Assembly (NCBI GenBank): GCA_963776275.1
Contig: CAVZMI010000006.1
Location: forward strand, 1 to 64,000
Origin: Ignavibacteriota bacterium
GTDB taxonomy: Bacteria > Bacteroidota > Ignavibacteria > UBA10030 > CAVZMI01
Direction of reading: 5' to 3'
DNA: 64,000 nucleotides
In this document: positions 42,223 to 53,113 of the stretch, piece after piece
Layout of the letters: every line of letters begins with the position of its first letter
How positions within the stretch are numbered: the first letter of the stretch is position 1
Program-made: the position numbers and the translations under genes
Notes under the pieces: model-generated
Told to the model about the DNA's origin: nothing
The model's database searches: none
Seen by the model: the letters and a program-made list of their open reading frames with translations, nothing else

Positions 42223-45200
42223 TTACACGCGTTGAATCCCAATTTCACATTCTTCGCCGTTGACATCCCACGATGCGGAATATTCACCCGGTGCATACGC
42301 GGTGGAAAGTATTTCAGCCAGTGTTTCTGATTTTATATACGCCCCCATCTCTTCTATTGCCACCTGAAGAGACGACGTGGTGTGATAGTAAATGATGATA
42401 CGTTCGGTGACATCAAATCCTGCATCTTTTCGCATCGTCTGGATTTTATTTACAAATTCGCGGGCGTTTCCTTCGCGTATTAACTCTTCATTCAGTTCTG
42501 TATCAAGCGCCACTGTCACTTCATTATCGGATTCCACGACCCATCCTTTAATCTCTTCATGCAGAATATCGAAATCTTCCCGGTCAATTACAACTCTCTG
42601 GCCGTTAACATCGAATTCTTCCTGTCCTTTCCGTTCAATGTTGTTGATTTCCCTGGCTGTAAATTCTTTCACCCGTGCTGCAATTTGTTGAACATGCTTC
42701 CCGTGCTTCGGTCCAAGAACCTTGAAATTCGGTTTTGCACGTTTTTTAATTACACCGCCTTCATCGGTAACATATTCGATGGTTTTTACATTAATTTCTT
42801 CAAGAATAACATCCTCCATGCTTTGAATCCTCGACCGATCCTGGTCACCGGCTACCGGCACGATAATTCTGCGCAGCGGCTGACGCACCTTGAGGTTCGA
42901 TTTGCTGCGAATCGAACGTACAAGATATACAATTCTCTGAGCACGATCCATTCTGTGTTCCAACTCGCTATCAATCGCCGCTGCATTACACTCGGGAAGT
43001 AACGATAGGTGAACCGAATCGTACGGTTCTTTCCCTGTTACCGAATTGAGATTTCGATAAATTTCTTCGGCCAGAAAGGGTGCAAACGGAGCCATGAGCT
43101 TGGTCACGGTTGTCAGACATTCGTAGAGCGTCTGATATGCCGCGTTTTTATCTTTGCCCTGCTCGCTTTTCCAAAACCGTCGCCGGTTACGTCGGACATA
43201 CCAGTTCGAAAGCTGATCTATAGTGAAATCGGACACAAGCCGTGCTGCACGCGTCGGGTCATAACTGTCCATATACTCGGTATATTTCTGCACCATTGTA
43301 TTCATAACCGAGAGTATCCACCGATCGATCTCGGCACGTTCGGCCGGCGTGATTCGTTCTTCCTTAAATTGCCATAAGTCGACGTTTGCATAGAGAGCAA
43401 AGAACGAATAAGTATTGATAAGTGTACCAAAAAACTTACGCTGGACTTCGGTAAGCAACTCGACATCGAAAAGTTTCGGCCTCCATGGAACACTGTTTGT
43501 CACGAGGAACCAACGGACCGTGTCCGCACCGTATGTCGCAATTGTCTCCAACGGATCGACAGCGTTTCCCCGAGACTTCGACATCTTCTGCCCATCCTTA
43601 TCAAGAATCAATTCGTTCACCATCACATTGCTGTAGGCCGGCTTCCCGAAAATGAATGTTCCGATCGCATGCAGAGTATAGAACCAACCGCGTGTCTGAT
43701 CGATTCCTTCGCATATAAAATCGGCCGGATAATTTTCTTCAAAATAATCGCTGTTCTCGAAAGGGTAATGGTACTGTGCAAATGGCATCGCCCCGGAATC
43801 GAACCAGCAATCGATCACTTCCGGAACACGCCGGTACACCGTTCCATTCTTCATGAAAATGATGCGATCCACAAAAGGCTTGTGTAAATCAAGACCTTTA
43901 CCCCCGACGGGCGATCGATTCCCTTTTTCGTCTTCCACCATTCCCTTAAACAACTCATCTACCGAACCGACACAGAACATGTCGCTTCCATCCTCGGCGA
44001 TCCAGATCGGAAGAGGAGTACCCCAATACCGGTCACGTGACAGTGCCCAATCTTTGTTCTCATCCAGCCAGTTGCCAAAACGTCCGGTGCCAACTTCGGG
44101 TGGTATCCAGTTAATCTCATTATTCAACGACTTCATCCGTTCGGCGTATTTTGTCGTTGTGATGTACCACGATGTTCTTGCGTAGTAGAGCAAGGGCGAT
44201 TTACATCGCCAACAATGCGGATAACTGTGGACGATGGTCTCTTTCTTATATAAAAGATGCCGGGACTTCAAATTCTGGATAATCATCGGATCGGCGTCCT
44301 TAACAAACTGACCGGCAAAATCTGTGATCTCCTGCGTAAATGCACCGCTCTTATCCACGGGATTGACTGTAGGAAGATCGTACTCACGTCCTACCTGATA
44401 ATCGTCTTCACCGAAAGCAGGTGCAATATGGACAATCCCCGAACCGTCTGTCGTCGTCACAAAATCAGCTTCAATGACATAGAAGCCCTTACGATCAACC
44501 GGAACATAATCGAACAACCGCTCATACTCTTTTCCGGCAAGTGCCGATCCCTTATAACGGTCGATGATTTTAAATTCACCGTCAAGCGCCGAAAGCCGCT
44601 CTTCGGCCAGAATCAGTTCCTCTCCTTTATGAGAGATTTTTACATAATCGATATTGGGATGGACGGCAAGAGCGACGTTTGAAATGAGAGTCCATGGTGT
44701 TGTCGTCCATACAAGGATCGAGGCATCCTCATTCTTCAATTTCATTTTAACATAGACCGAAGGATCCTTGACATCTTCGTATCCCTGTGATACTTCATGA
44801 GAAGACAGCGGGGTTTCGCATCGTGGACAGTACGGCTGGATTTTAAAGCCCTTCGTAATCATTCCTTCGTCAAAAAATCGTTTGATCGCCCACCAGACCG
44901 ACTCGATATACTCATTTTTATATGTGACATAGGCGTCTTTAAGATCAACCCAGTAACCCATCCGCTCGGTCATTATTTCCCAATCCCTGGTATACTCGAA
45001 GACCGATGCCCGGCAATCATCGTTAAATTTTTCTACGCCGTATGCTTCGATTTGTTCTTTGTGTTTGAACCCGTGTTCTTTTTCAACTTCAATCTCTACA
45101 GGAAGTCCATGCGTATCCCATCCAGCTTTGCGATGGACCTGATACCCGCGCATTGTCTTGTAACGACACACAAGGTCTTTGAGCGTTCGGGCCATTACGT

Positions 45201-45372
45201 GATGGATGCCCGGTTTCCCGTTGGCAGTCGGGGGGCCTTCATAGAACGTAAATCCCGGTTTGCCATCGCGTTCTATCAGGCTCCGGTGGAAAATATCATG
45301 TGCATTCCAGAACGACAGGATCTGTTGTTCGATATCAGGATATGAAATTTTATCGGTAAGTTCTTTGAACAT
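42223..45372 (-). CDS. ileS: Isoleucine--tRNA ligase (type 2)
   Basis: EGPPTANG.PGIHH, GWDTHGLP, WTTTPWT, EGIDQTRGWF, KMSKS. Confidence 0.97.
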   Translation of the reverse strand: MFKELTDKISYPDIEQQILSFWNAHDIFHRSLIERDGKPGFTFYEGPPTANGKPGIHHVMARTLKDLVCRYKTMRGYQVHRKAGWDTHGLPVEIEVEKEHGFKHKEQIEAYGVEKFNDDCRASVFEYTRDWEIMTERMGYWVDLKDAYVTYKNEYIESVWWAIKRFFDEGMITKGFKIQPYCPRCETPLSSHEVSQGYEDVKDPSVYVKMKLKNEDASILVWTTTPWTLISNVALAVHPNIDYVKISHKGEELILAEERLSALDGEFKIIDRYKGSALAGKEYERLFDYVPVDRKGFYVIEADFVTTTDGSGIVHIAPAFGEDDYQVGREYDLPTVNPVDKSGAFTQEITDFAGQFVKDADPMIIQNLKSRHLLYKKETIVHSYPHCWRCKSPLLYYARTSWYITTTKYAERMKSLNNEINWIPPEVGTGRFGNWLDENKDWALSRDRYWGTPLPIWIAEDGSDMFCVGSVDELFKGMVEDEKGNRSPVGGKGLDLHKPFVDRIIFMKNGTVYRRVPEVIDCWFDSGAMPFAQYHYPFENSDYFEENYPADFICEGIDQTRGWFYTLHAIGTFIFGKPAYSNVMVNELILDKDGQKMSKSRGNAVDPLETIATYGADTVRWFLVTNSVPWRPKLFDVELLTEVQRKFFGTLINTYSFFALYANVDLWQFKEERITPAERAEIDRWILSVMNTMVQKYTEYMDSYDPTRAARLVSDFTIDQLSNWYVRRNRRRFWKSEQGKDKNAAYQTLYECLTTVTKLMAPFAPFLAEEIYRNLNSVTGKEPYDSVHLSLLPECNAAAIDSELEHRMDRAQRIVYLVRSIRSKSNLKVRQPLRRIIVPVAGDQDRSRIQSMEDVILEEINVKTIEYVTDEGGVIKKRAKPNFKVLGPKHGKHVQQIAARVKEFTAREINNIERKGQEEFDVNGQRVVIDREDFDILHEEIKGWVVESDNEVTVALDTELNEELIREGNAREFVNKIQTMRKDAGFDVTERIIIYYHTTSSLQVAIEEMGAYIKSETLAEILSTAYAPGEYSASWDVNGEECEIGIQRV

Positions 45373-45399
45373 GCTTCAGCAAATAATGATAGATAATGA

Positions 45400-46248
45400 T
45401 CACGCAATCTCAAGCGATCGCACAATTTCTTTCATAAGCTTTGTCAGTTTCGGTTCGGCTTTTGTCGCAACAACGATAATTTCTTCAAGCGATGCCGGCT
45501 TGAGAGAATCCGGAAAACATTCGTCGGTAATGACTGAAATTCCCAGAATATCCATTCCCATGTGGACAGCGACGATGCTTTCCGGTACCGTGGACATGCC
45601 GACAACATCAGCTCCTGTCCAACGCAGGAAACGGTATTCGGCCCGGGTCTCGAGATTCGGACCCTTCACCGAGATAAGAACTCCTTTTTGAACAGGAATT
45701 TTATTATCAAGTGCAAGCTGTTCGGTCAGCGCTATCAATTTCTTGCTGTACGGTTCAGACATATCGGGAAACCGCGGACCGAGTGAATCATCATTCTCTC
45801 CGATCAGCGGATTATCTCCGGTAAAATTAATATGATCTGTGATGATCATCAGATCGCCTGCTCGAAAAAGCGGATTCAATCCCCCGGAGGCATTCGACAT
45901 CAGGAGCGTTTTGACTCCTAATCCGGCTTTCTGAGACATCACACGGACAGGGAAAGTGATCTGCTGCATAGTGTAGCCCTCATAATAATGAAAGCGCCCC
46001 TGCATTACAACGACTTTTTTCCCTGCCAACGTTCCGAAGATCAGCTTTCCCTGGTGAGTCTCAACCGTTGCTATCGGAAAGTGCGGAATGTTTCCATATT
46101 CCAATACCGTTTCTATTTCGATTTCCTTGATCAGACCTCCCAATCCTGTCCCGAGAATAATACCGATAGCTGGCTGCATCGATGTATTGGATCGAATATA
46201 GGTTAGTGTCTCGTTGATCTGCTGCCGCAGCGGCGGTATGGTAGTCAT
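45400..46248 (-). CDS. Purine-nucleoside phosphorylase (family 2)
   Basis: [33 protein letters not shown]. Confidence 0.93.
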   Translation of the reverse strand: MTTIPPLRQQINETLTYIRSNTSMQPAIGIILGTGLGGLIKEIEIETVLEYGNIPHFPIATVETHQGKLIFGTLAGKKVVVMQGRFHYYEGYTMQQITFPVRVMSQKAGLGVKTLLMSNASGGLNPLFRAGDLMIITDHINFTGDNPLIGENDDSLGPRFPDMSEPYSKKLIALTEQLALDNKIPVQKGVLISVKGPNLETRAEYRFLRWTGADVVGMSTVPESIVAVHMGMDILGISVITDECFPDSLKPASLEEIIVVATKAEPKLTKLMKEIVRSLEIA

Positions 46249-46278
46249 TGCTGTTTCCTTTTAAAAACCCTCGATAGC

Positions 46279-46815
46279 CTATGTATCAAGCGTTCTGACA
46301 ATCTCGTCAATATCGAAGTTCGCTTTCCCGGTTCCTTTCGACATTGAGCGCTGTAGTTGCTCGTCATCATCAAGTTCAAGAGCTTTGAGAAGGTCGACTT
46401 CACTATGGAGAAGTACTTTCAGCCGGCTGAGCATTGCTTCCTTTTTGGCCTTCAGAGTCGAGACTTCTTCTTTCACTTTTGACAGATCGACCCTGGCCCG
46501 ATCGACAATCTGATTTGCCTTCAGCTCCGCTTCCTGAACGATGAGTTGAGCTTCTTTCCGTGAATTCTCAAGTGATTTTTCGGCTGTTTCCTGTGCCTGA
46601 GTGAGCGTCTGGCGCAATGTCGTTTCAAGCTGCTTATAGTCCTTCATCTGGGTATCAAGTTCCAGGACCTTATCCTTCAGCTCCTTGTTGTGTTTCAGCA
46701 GGTCTTCAAATTCTTTTGAGACCATGTCGAGAAACGTTTCCACCTCGATAGGATCGAACCCCCGCATCCCCTTCTTGAATTCCTGCTTTTTAATGTCAAT
46801 CGGTGTCAGTTTCAT
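46279..46815 (-). CDS. divIVA: DivIVA domain protein
   Basis: LTPIDI..QEF..GMRGFD..EVETFL followed by coiled coil. Confidence 0.88.
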   Translation of the reverse strand: MKLTPIDIKKQEFKKGMRGFDPIEVETFLDMVSKEFEDLLKHNKELKDKVLELDTQMKDYKQLETTLRQTLTQAQETAEKSLENSRKEAQLIVQEAELKANQIVDRARVDLSKVKEEVSTLKAKKEAMLSRLKVLLHSEVDLLKALELDDDEQLQRSMSKGTGKANFDIDEIVRTLDT

Positions 46816-46863
46816 ACTTATTCTCCTTACAGGTCGCAGACCACAATGTACTGTAGCCTACGG

Positions 46864-47547
46864 TTATCGTTGACCGAAGATTGCCGTTCCAATACGAAGC
46901 AATGTCGCCCCCTCTTCAATTGCTACTTCAAAATCATTCGTCATACCCATCGAGAGATGGCGAAGATGAACACCGGGGAACCGCCGTATCTCTATCTTCT
47001 CTTTCAGCTGTCGTAATTGGCGAAAACAAGGACGTGCCGTTTCGGGATCAGGAAGAAACGGACCGATGGTCATCAATCCAGTTATGTGAACATGATACAA
47101 TGACGAAATTTGCTCGACCAGAGTAAAAACCCCATCGGGAGTAACTCCAGTTTTTGTCGCTTCGTCTGTTGTATGTACTTCGATAAGGATATCGACATGC
47201 CGGTTTCGCTTTATTGCCTGTTGCTCTATCTCTTCAGCAAGGTGAAAACTATCGACTGAGTGGATAAGAGAGACAGAATCGATAAGGGTCTTCACCTTAT
47301 TAGTTTGAAGATGCCCTATAAAATGCCAGCGAATATCGGCAGGGGTAATTTTTTCCTGTTTCTGTCGTAATTCCTTAACGTAGTTCTCGCCAAAATCCCG
47401 TTGTCCGGCGTTGTATGCTTCGAGGATCTTGTCGATCTCAACCGTTTTGGTAACAGCAATGATGTCAATCTCTTCCGGGTTTCGCCCCACCCGGTTACAA
47501 ACGGAACGTATCTGCGAGCGAATATTTCTTAGGTTTTCCGCTATCAT
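46864..47547 (-). CDS. yggS: PLP homeostasis protein
   Basis: [37 protein letters not shown]. Confidence 0.96.
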   Translation of the reverse strand: MIAENLRNIRSQIRSVCNRVGRNPEEIDIIAVTKTVEIDKILEAYNAGQRDFGENYVKELRQKQEKITPADIRWHFIGHLQTNKVKTLIDSVSLIHSVDSFHLAEEIEQQAIKRNRHVDILIEVHTTDEATKTGVTPDGVFTLVEQISSLYHVHITGLMTIGPFLPDPETARPCFRQLRQLKEKIEIRRFPGVHLRHLSMGMTNDFEVAIEEGATLLRIGTAIFGQR

Positions 47548-47658
47548 TTTCTATCGTAATTTATAAATATAACCGAAACACCCCGCAAAAGCAATTTTCC
47601 TGGCGTAAATAAAAATATGCTTGCTTTTTTCTATCGAGAATGATACTTTGACCCTACT

Positions 47659-49077
47659 ATGAACCTGTACGATTTCGAAAATTACGAGGATGATGAAGAA
47701 GCAACTCGTCGAGAGAAGCGGATGGATGAGGAGATTAAGAAATTCGAGGAATTGCTGAAGAACGGGAATATTGGCATCACCAATATCGACGCTCTAGAAG
47801 AAATTATTACCTTTTTCTTCGAGCACGACAGGTTCGAGGAAGCGCTCCATTTCATCAACGCCCTTCTCGAAATCACATCATATAGTGCCGATGCCTGGCT
47901 GAAAAAGGGGATGGCGTTGAACAACCTGCAGCGATATCCTGAAGCCCTGGAATGTTATGACCGGGCGATTTTACTCAATCCGATCGACCCTGATATTCAT
48001 CTGAATCGAGGTATTACCCTCGATAATCTTAATAGAATTGATGAGGCAATGCAGGCCTTTAACGAGGCAATCCGGATCGATCCAAATAACGAAGAAGCTC
48101 TTTTTAATAAGGCTATCACGCTCGAGAAGCTGGAACGTTATACTGAAGCCGAGAAGATATTCCGCTATATCGTCGAAAACTCTCCAGACCATCACGATGC
48201 CTGGTATGAGTTGGGATATTGTTATGATTACCTCGACCGGCTAGATGATTCACTTAAATGCTATGAGGAACACCTCAATCGCGATCCATATAACTACAAC
48301 GGATGGTATAATAAGGGAATTGTGCTAAACAGGCTTGGACAGTACAGTAAGGCTATAGAGAGCTATAATATCGCTCTGGCAATAAAAGAAGACTTACCGG
48401 CTGCTTGGTATAATAAAGGAAATGCTTTTGCCAACATGGGACGCCTTTATGAGGCCATCCAGTGCTATAAGGAGACAATTATACTGGAGGAACAGGATGT
48501 TCCGGCATGGCATAATATGGGAAATGCCTACGAAGAGCTGGGAGACTATCACGAGGCCATCCGCTGTTTTACACAGGCAATCAAAGAAGATGAAAAGCAC
48601 TACGAGTCGTATTTTGGGAGAGGGAGCTGCTATGATTGCCTCGAAGAATACCAAAAAGCTTTAGCCGATTATACAAAAGCTCTCTCGATCCACCATGATT
48701 ATCAGGAACTCTGGTATGCGAAAGCTGACGTGGAATATAATCTGGGGATGTTGAAAGAGTCGCTGGCCAGCTACAGAATGGTCATCCGCATTGATTCGTC
48801 GAATCTTGAGGCGTGGTTTGATTACGGCGATACGCTTGCCGAATGCGGGGATTTCGTCGAATCGCTTGAGGCGTTGAATACCGTCATTCAGCGGAATGAT
48901 CGGTGGGCTGCCCCGTATTACTGTCGGGCAAAAGTATATTTTGCTCTCCAACGACCACAGGATGCCCTTGAATCCCTCAGAATATGTTTCCGGCTTGATC
49001 CCTCAAAGAAACGGTCATTCGAGGATGAATTCCCGGGGGCATTACTCCTTCCGGAATTTGCCGAGTTCAGAAACTAG
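47659..49077 (+). CDS. Cytoplasmic TPR-repeat protein
   Basis: About 11 consecutive 34-aa TPRs (AWYNKG..A...Y..AI). Confidence 0.92.
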   Translation: MNLYDFENYEDDEEATRREKRMDEEIKKFEELLKNGNIGITNIDALEEIITFFFEHDRFEEALHFINALLEITSYSADAWLKKGMALNNLQRYPEALECYDRAILLNPIDPDIHLNRGITLDNLNRIDEAMQAFNEAIRIDPNNEEALFNKAITLEKLERYTEAEKIFRYIVENSPDHHDAWYELGYCYDYLDRLDDSLKCYEEHLNRDPYNYNGWYNKGIVLNRLGQYSKAIESYNIALAIKEDLPAAWYNKGNAFANMGRLYEAIQCYKETIILEEQDVPAWHNMGNAYEELGDYHEAIRCFTQAIKEDEKHYESYFGRGSCYDCLEEYQKALADYTKALSIHHDYQELWYAKADVEYNLGMLKESLASYRMVIRIDSSNLEAWFDYGDTLAECGDFVESLEALNTVIQRNDRWAAPYYCRAKVYFALQRPQDALESLRICFRLDPSKKRSFEDEFPGALLLPEFAEFRN

Positions 49078-49201
49078 TGTCGAACGTCTCGATTCAAAAA
49101 TAACTTGAATAAGTCGGAGCGCCATATAATGCTATTCCATCCGATTCCCGTTAGTTTTAATCCTATAAATTCTTCAAGTTATTTTTGGTACTCGACACTA
49201 G
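49074..49201. mobile_element. Candidate MITE / long inverted repeat bounded by CTAG
   Basis: CTAGTGTCGA..CAAAAATAACTTGAA (49074-49109) pairs with TTCAAGTTATTTTTG..TCGACACTAG (49173-49201). Confidence 0.55.
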
Positions 49202-49346
49202 CTTCACAGATTCCACGATGAAATCATGATCCAGAATCGGCCGTCCAAGCCTTATCAACATGATGTAAGATTTATGTTTTAAAAATCTTAGGTCGAGACA
49301 TCGAGTCCTCAAAAAACAACGATATATAAACGAAACAGCATCAATA

Positions 49347-50225
49347 ATGGTAATACAACCTTCTTCAACAACACGGGTTGTCGGGATATTCGGTCATCCG
49401 ATTTCCCACACCTACTCCCCTCTGATTCACAACAGCGCGTTCAGCGAGCTCGGGTTGGATTTCCTTTATCTTCCATTTGACGTTCATCCGCAGAACCTGA
49501 AGTCTGCGCTGCGTGGACTCACTGCCCTGGGTATTGTCGGGGTCAATATCACAATTCCTCATAAAGAGAATGTCATTCCACTTCTCGATGATGTTGTCAA
49601 CGAAGCCCGTGCAATTGGCGCGGTCAATACTATTGTCAATGACGGAGAAAAACTTCGTGGATATAATACCGATATCATCGGCGTCTTCGAAACACTCCGC
49701 CCGTATGCGGAAGAGATAGAAGGACGTGAAGTGGCAATCATCGGTTCCGGTGGTGGTGCGCGTGCTGTCATGTATGTACTGGTGCATCAGCTTAAACCTC
49801 GATACATCCATATTGTTCACCCGGATATTGAATACGCAATCACTCTTCGAAAATTTTTCCTAGACAATTTCGGATTCAAGAATATCGCGGCGGTCGACCT
49901 CTATATGCCGGCAACAGTCTCAAAGTTTAACGGTTCGGCACTCATAGTAAACGCTACACCGGTCGGAATGTTCCCAAAAATTGATGAGTCACTTCTCGAA
50001 ATACCCGAGGCGTTTCACTCACAGCAAATTGTATTCGACTTGATATATAATCCAATAAAAACAAAATTTCTCCGTTTCGCTGAATCGAAGGGAGCCCGCG
50101 TGATCGGAGGACTTGACATGCTTTTACATCAGGCTGCAAAGTCGTTCGAACTCTGGACGTTGCAACCCATGCCGCTCGAAAAAGTCCGATCAGTGCTCCA
50201 TAATGCCATAGCGAATGCGGAATAA
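49347..50225 (+). CDS. aroE: Shikimate dehydrogenase
   Basis: GHPISHTYSP, NITIPHK, GAVNT, NTD, NATPVGM, DLIYNP. Confidence 0.95.
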   Translation: MVIQPSSTTRVVGIFGHPISHTYSPLIHNSAFSELGLDFLYLPFDVHPQNLKSALRGLTALGIVGVNITIPHKENVIPLLDDVVNEARAIGAVNTIVNDGEKLRGYNTDIIGVFETLRPYAEEIEGREVAIIGSGGGARAVMYVLVHQLKPRYIHIVHPDIEYAITLRKFFLDNFGFKNIAAVDLYMPATVSKFNGSALIVNATPVGMFPKIDESLLEIPEAFHSQQIVFDLIYNPIKTKFLRFAESKGARVIGGLDMLLHQAAKSFELWTLQPMPLEKVRSVLHNAIANAE

Positions 50226-50243
50226 AGGGATGGATAGTGGCGT

Positions 50244-51089
50244 ATGGAACTGGAACCTACACTTCATGAAAAATACACAAATCTGCAATCTCTTCTACAG
50301 CGTCTGGGAAGCATTGTTATCGGGTTTTCGGGTGGAGTCGACAGCACCCTCCTACTGAAAGTCGCTGTCGATGTCCTTGGGACAAAGGCTCTTGCCGTAA
50401 TCGGAAAATCCGAGATATATCCAACGCGTGAATTCGAAGAAGCTCTTCAACTTGCAGACAGGATCGGCGCACGGAAAATCGTCGTTCAAACGGGAGAAAC
50501 CGATCAAATAAAATTTCAGGAGAATCCGCCTGATAGATGTTACTTTTGCAAATCCGAGCTCTACTCGAAGCTCCATGAAATCGCGCAGCAGGAAGGCATT
50601 CCCTGGATTGCCGATGGAACAATCGTCGACGATATCGACGACTTCAGGCCGGGAATGAAAGCACAGAAAGAACAGGATGTCGTATCACCACTCCTCGAAG
50701 CCGGCATGACTAAACAGGATGTACGCGTTCTTTCACAACACCTGGATCTACCGACATGGAACAAGCAGTCGTTCGCATGCCTTTCATCCCGTTTCCCGTA
50801 CGGAACAGCAATTTCAAAAGAGAATCTGAATAAAGTCGACGGTGCCGAGATGGTGCTGCACGATCTTGGATTTATATCATATCGCGTCCGCTTCCACGAT
50901 GAACGAACAGCCCGCATTGAAATCGGACAATCAGAATTTCAGCGCTTCCTCGATCCATCATGCCGCAGCACGATTGTTTCAGAATTCAAGAAGCTGGGAT
51001 TCCTATACATAACGCTTGATCTTCAGGGATATCGGACAGGATCGATGAATGAGGTGCTTTCAATAGCTGAGAAAGAACGGTATCTGTAG
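50244..51089 (+). CDS. larE: ATP-dependent sacrificial sulfur transferase LarE family
   Basis: PP-loop SGGVDS, RCYFCK, DFRPG, ACLSSRFPYG, TLDLQGYRTGSMN. Confidence 0.92.
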   Translation: MELEPTLHEKYTNLQSLLQRLGSIVIGFSGGVDSTLLLKVAVDVLGTKALAVIGKSEIYPTREFEEALQLADRIGARKIVVQTGETDQIKFQENPPDRCYFCKSELYSKLHEIAQQEGIPWIADGTIVDDIDDFRPGMKAQKEQDVVSPLLEAGMTKQDVRVLSQHLDLPTWNKQSFACLSSRFPYGTAISKENLNKVDGAEMVLHDLGFISYRVRFHDERTARIEIGQSEFQRFLDPSCRSTIVSEFKKLGFLYITLDLQGYRTGSMNEVLSIAEKERYL

Positions 51090-51109
51090 GTGATTACTTT
51101 TTCAAGGTT

Positions 51110-51400
51110 CCCCCCTAATGGGGTTCGAGAGTCCCGGAGGGACGGGATCTGGGTAGAAAATGCAAAACAAAAATCCATCGAGCTCCGTTAGGAGCGGAAT
51201 CTTGAAATATATGTCATGCATAAAAAGATGTCACCCCTGATGGGGTTCATAATTTGTTTGATGTGCGAATAATACCAAGATAACACCCCTAACGGGGTTT
51301 GAAGTCTCGGAAGGACGGAATCTTGGTAGAAAAAGCAAAACAAAATTTATCGGGCTCCGTTAGGTCAATGTGCACTCCGAGGGAGTCGGAGTGAGCGGGA
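51110..51400. repeat. REP/BIME-like cluster
   Basis: GGTAGAAAA..AGCTCCGTTAGGAGC, CACCCCTGATGGGG, TACCAAGATAACACCCCTAACGGGG; two ~175-bp duplicated units; same family as 34361-34510. Confidence 0.8.
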
Positions 51401-51480
51401 TATAAAAATTAATATTCCACCCGATTACTCTGAGAAAAAAATTAAAAGCCTGGATGCCGAGTTAAACAGCTTCATCTTTT

Positions 51481-51521
51481 GCCATATCTAAGCCAAGGGC
51501 TTATGAGCCTCTGGCTCAGAG
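51481..51521. repeat. Dispersed 41-bp repeat, copy 1 (copy 2 at 58274-58314)
   Basis: GCCATATCTAAGCCAAGGGCTTATGAGCCT(C/A)TGGCTCAGAG, one mismatch between copies. Confidence 0.85.
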
Positions 51522-51594
51522 ATAATCGGATAGATACAGTCGGATTATAAAATCGCAATACGCTTAATGTAAATGATAAAAATCGAGAAATCCG

Positions 51595-53097
51595 TTGGAG
51601 GCATCGGTGGCCCAGCGTTTCCCGAAATCGTTTTACAACACCATCACGCTTGTCGGAGTCGGACTTGCCCTTCTGAGTCTCGGAACTATCGCCATCATGT
51701 TTTTGATGGATGTTTTCGGAATATTCAAATCTCCATATATCGGTATATACACATATCTGGTTCTTCCATTTTTCCTTGTGATCGGATTGATCCTTATTCC
51801 AATCGGAATCACTCGCCAGCGACGACAACTCAAGAAACGCTTTTTAGAGGAACGCAAATCATTAATTATTGATCTAAACATCCCGGCTCATCGGTCGGCG
51901 GTAATGTTCGGTATCGTGGGATTTATTCTTTTCATGTTTCTCAGCGCGGGCGGTAGTTACGAAGCCTACAATTATACTGAATCTGTCGAATTCTGCGGGA
52001 AAGTCTGCCACAGCGTGATGCGTCCGGAATACACGGCATACCAGCATTCGCCCCATGCCAGGGTCACATGTGTGCAGTGCCATATCGGTGAAGGGGCTGA
52101 CTGGTTCGTCCGGTCAAAAATTACCGGCTCATACCAGGTTTACGCAACTCTCGTTAACGTCTTCCCACGACCTATTCCAACGCCAATCAGAAACCTCCGC
52201 CCTGCACGTGAAACTTGCGAGCAATGCCATTGGCCTCAGAAGTTTCATGGTAACAAGGAAATGGTAAAGACATATTTCCCATTCGATCAGACAATTCCGG
52301 TCTCCAAAATCATCATGCAGATTAAAACCGGCGGCGGAATGAGCGAACTGGGTCCTACCGAAGGTATCCACTGGTATATGAATACCGCTTATACTGTCAG
52401 CTATACCACTACCGATGAAAAGAGACAGGTCATACCATGGATTAAGGCTGTGAGTCTTGATGGAAAGACAAAAATTTTCAAATCAATCGATGCTGATGTA
52501 AGCGACACGGCATTGGCTAAAGGCGAGTACCGGAAATTCGACTGCCTCGACTGCCATAACCGTCCTTCACATATTTACTATCCGCCCTTCCGGTCTTTAA
52601 ACGATGCGATGTCGTTGAATAAAATCGATACAACGCTTCCGGGCATTCGCACCATTGCATCGGACGCGCTTATCAGACCTTATTCAACATGGATTAACGC
52701 GCTGGATTCTATCAAACTTATCATTGAAAACGCATATAGAGAGAAATCGCCTGAAATTGTAGCAAGTAAGGCAAAAGAACTCGAAAATTCTGCACACGAA
52801 GTACAGGCAATCTACTTAAGGAATTTCTTCCCTGAAATGAAAGTGAACTGGAAAGCGTACCCCAACAATATCGGGCACCTGTACGACCAGGGCTGCTTCC
52901 GTTGTCATGATAACAAGCATATATCGGACGACGGTGCAGTACTTACAAATAATTGTCAGTCATGCCACATTATCGTCTCTCAGGGACCGCTGAAAAAACT
53001 CGATTCATCTCTATCTGGATTACAATTTAAACATCCCGCAGATATCGGGGATGCATGGAAAGAGATGCGATGCAGCGAATGCCATACAGGAGAATAG
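51595..53097 (+). CDS. Membrane-anchored NapC/NirT-family multiheme cytochrome c (7 heme motifs)
   Basis: 3 TMs; CGKVCH, CVQCH, CEQCH, CLDCH, CFRCH, CQSCH, CSECH. Confidence 0.92.
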   Translation: MEASVAQRFPKSFYNTITLVGVGLALLSLGTIAIMFLMDVFGIFKSPYIGIYTYLVLPFFLVIGLILIPIGITRQRRQLKKRFLEERKSLIIDLNIPAHRSAVMFGIVGFILFMFLSAGGSYEAYNYTESVEFCGKVCHSVMRPEYTAYQHSPHARVTCVQCHIGEGADWFVRSKITGSYQVYATLVNVFPRPIPTPIRNLRPARETCEQCHWPQKFHGNKEMVKTYFPFDQTIPVSKIIMQIKTGGGMSELGPTEGIHWYMNTAYTVSYTTTDEKRQVIPWIKAVSLDGKTKIFKSIDADVSDTALAKGEYRKFDCLDCHNRPSHIYYPPFRSLNDAMSLNKIDTTLPGIRTIASDALIRPYSTWINALDSIKLIIENAYREKSPEIVASKAKELENSAHEVQAIYLRNFFPEMKVNWKAYPNNIGHLYDQGCFRCHDNKHISDDGAVLTNNCQSCHIIVSQGPLKKLDSSLSGLQFKHPADIGDAWKEMRCSECHTGE

Positions 53098-53113
53098 GTA
53101 GGAGAGTAGCAAT

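Noticed and set aside
51120-51150. tRNA-like GGTTCGAGAGTCCC
   Set aside because: No cloverleaf; it is part of the REP cluster.
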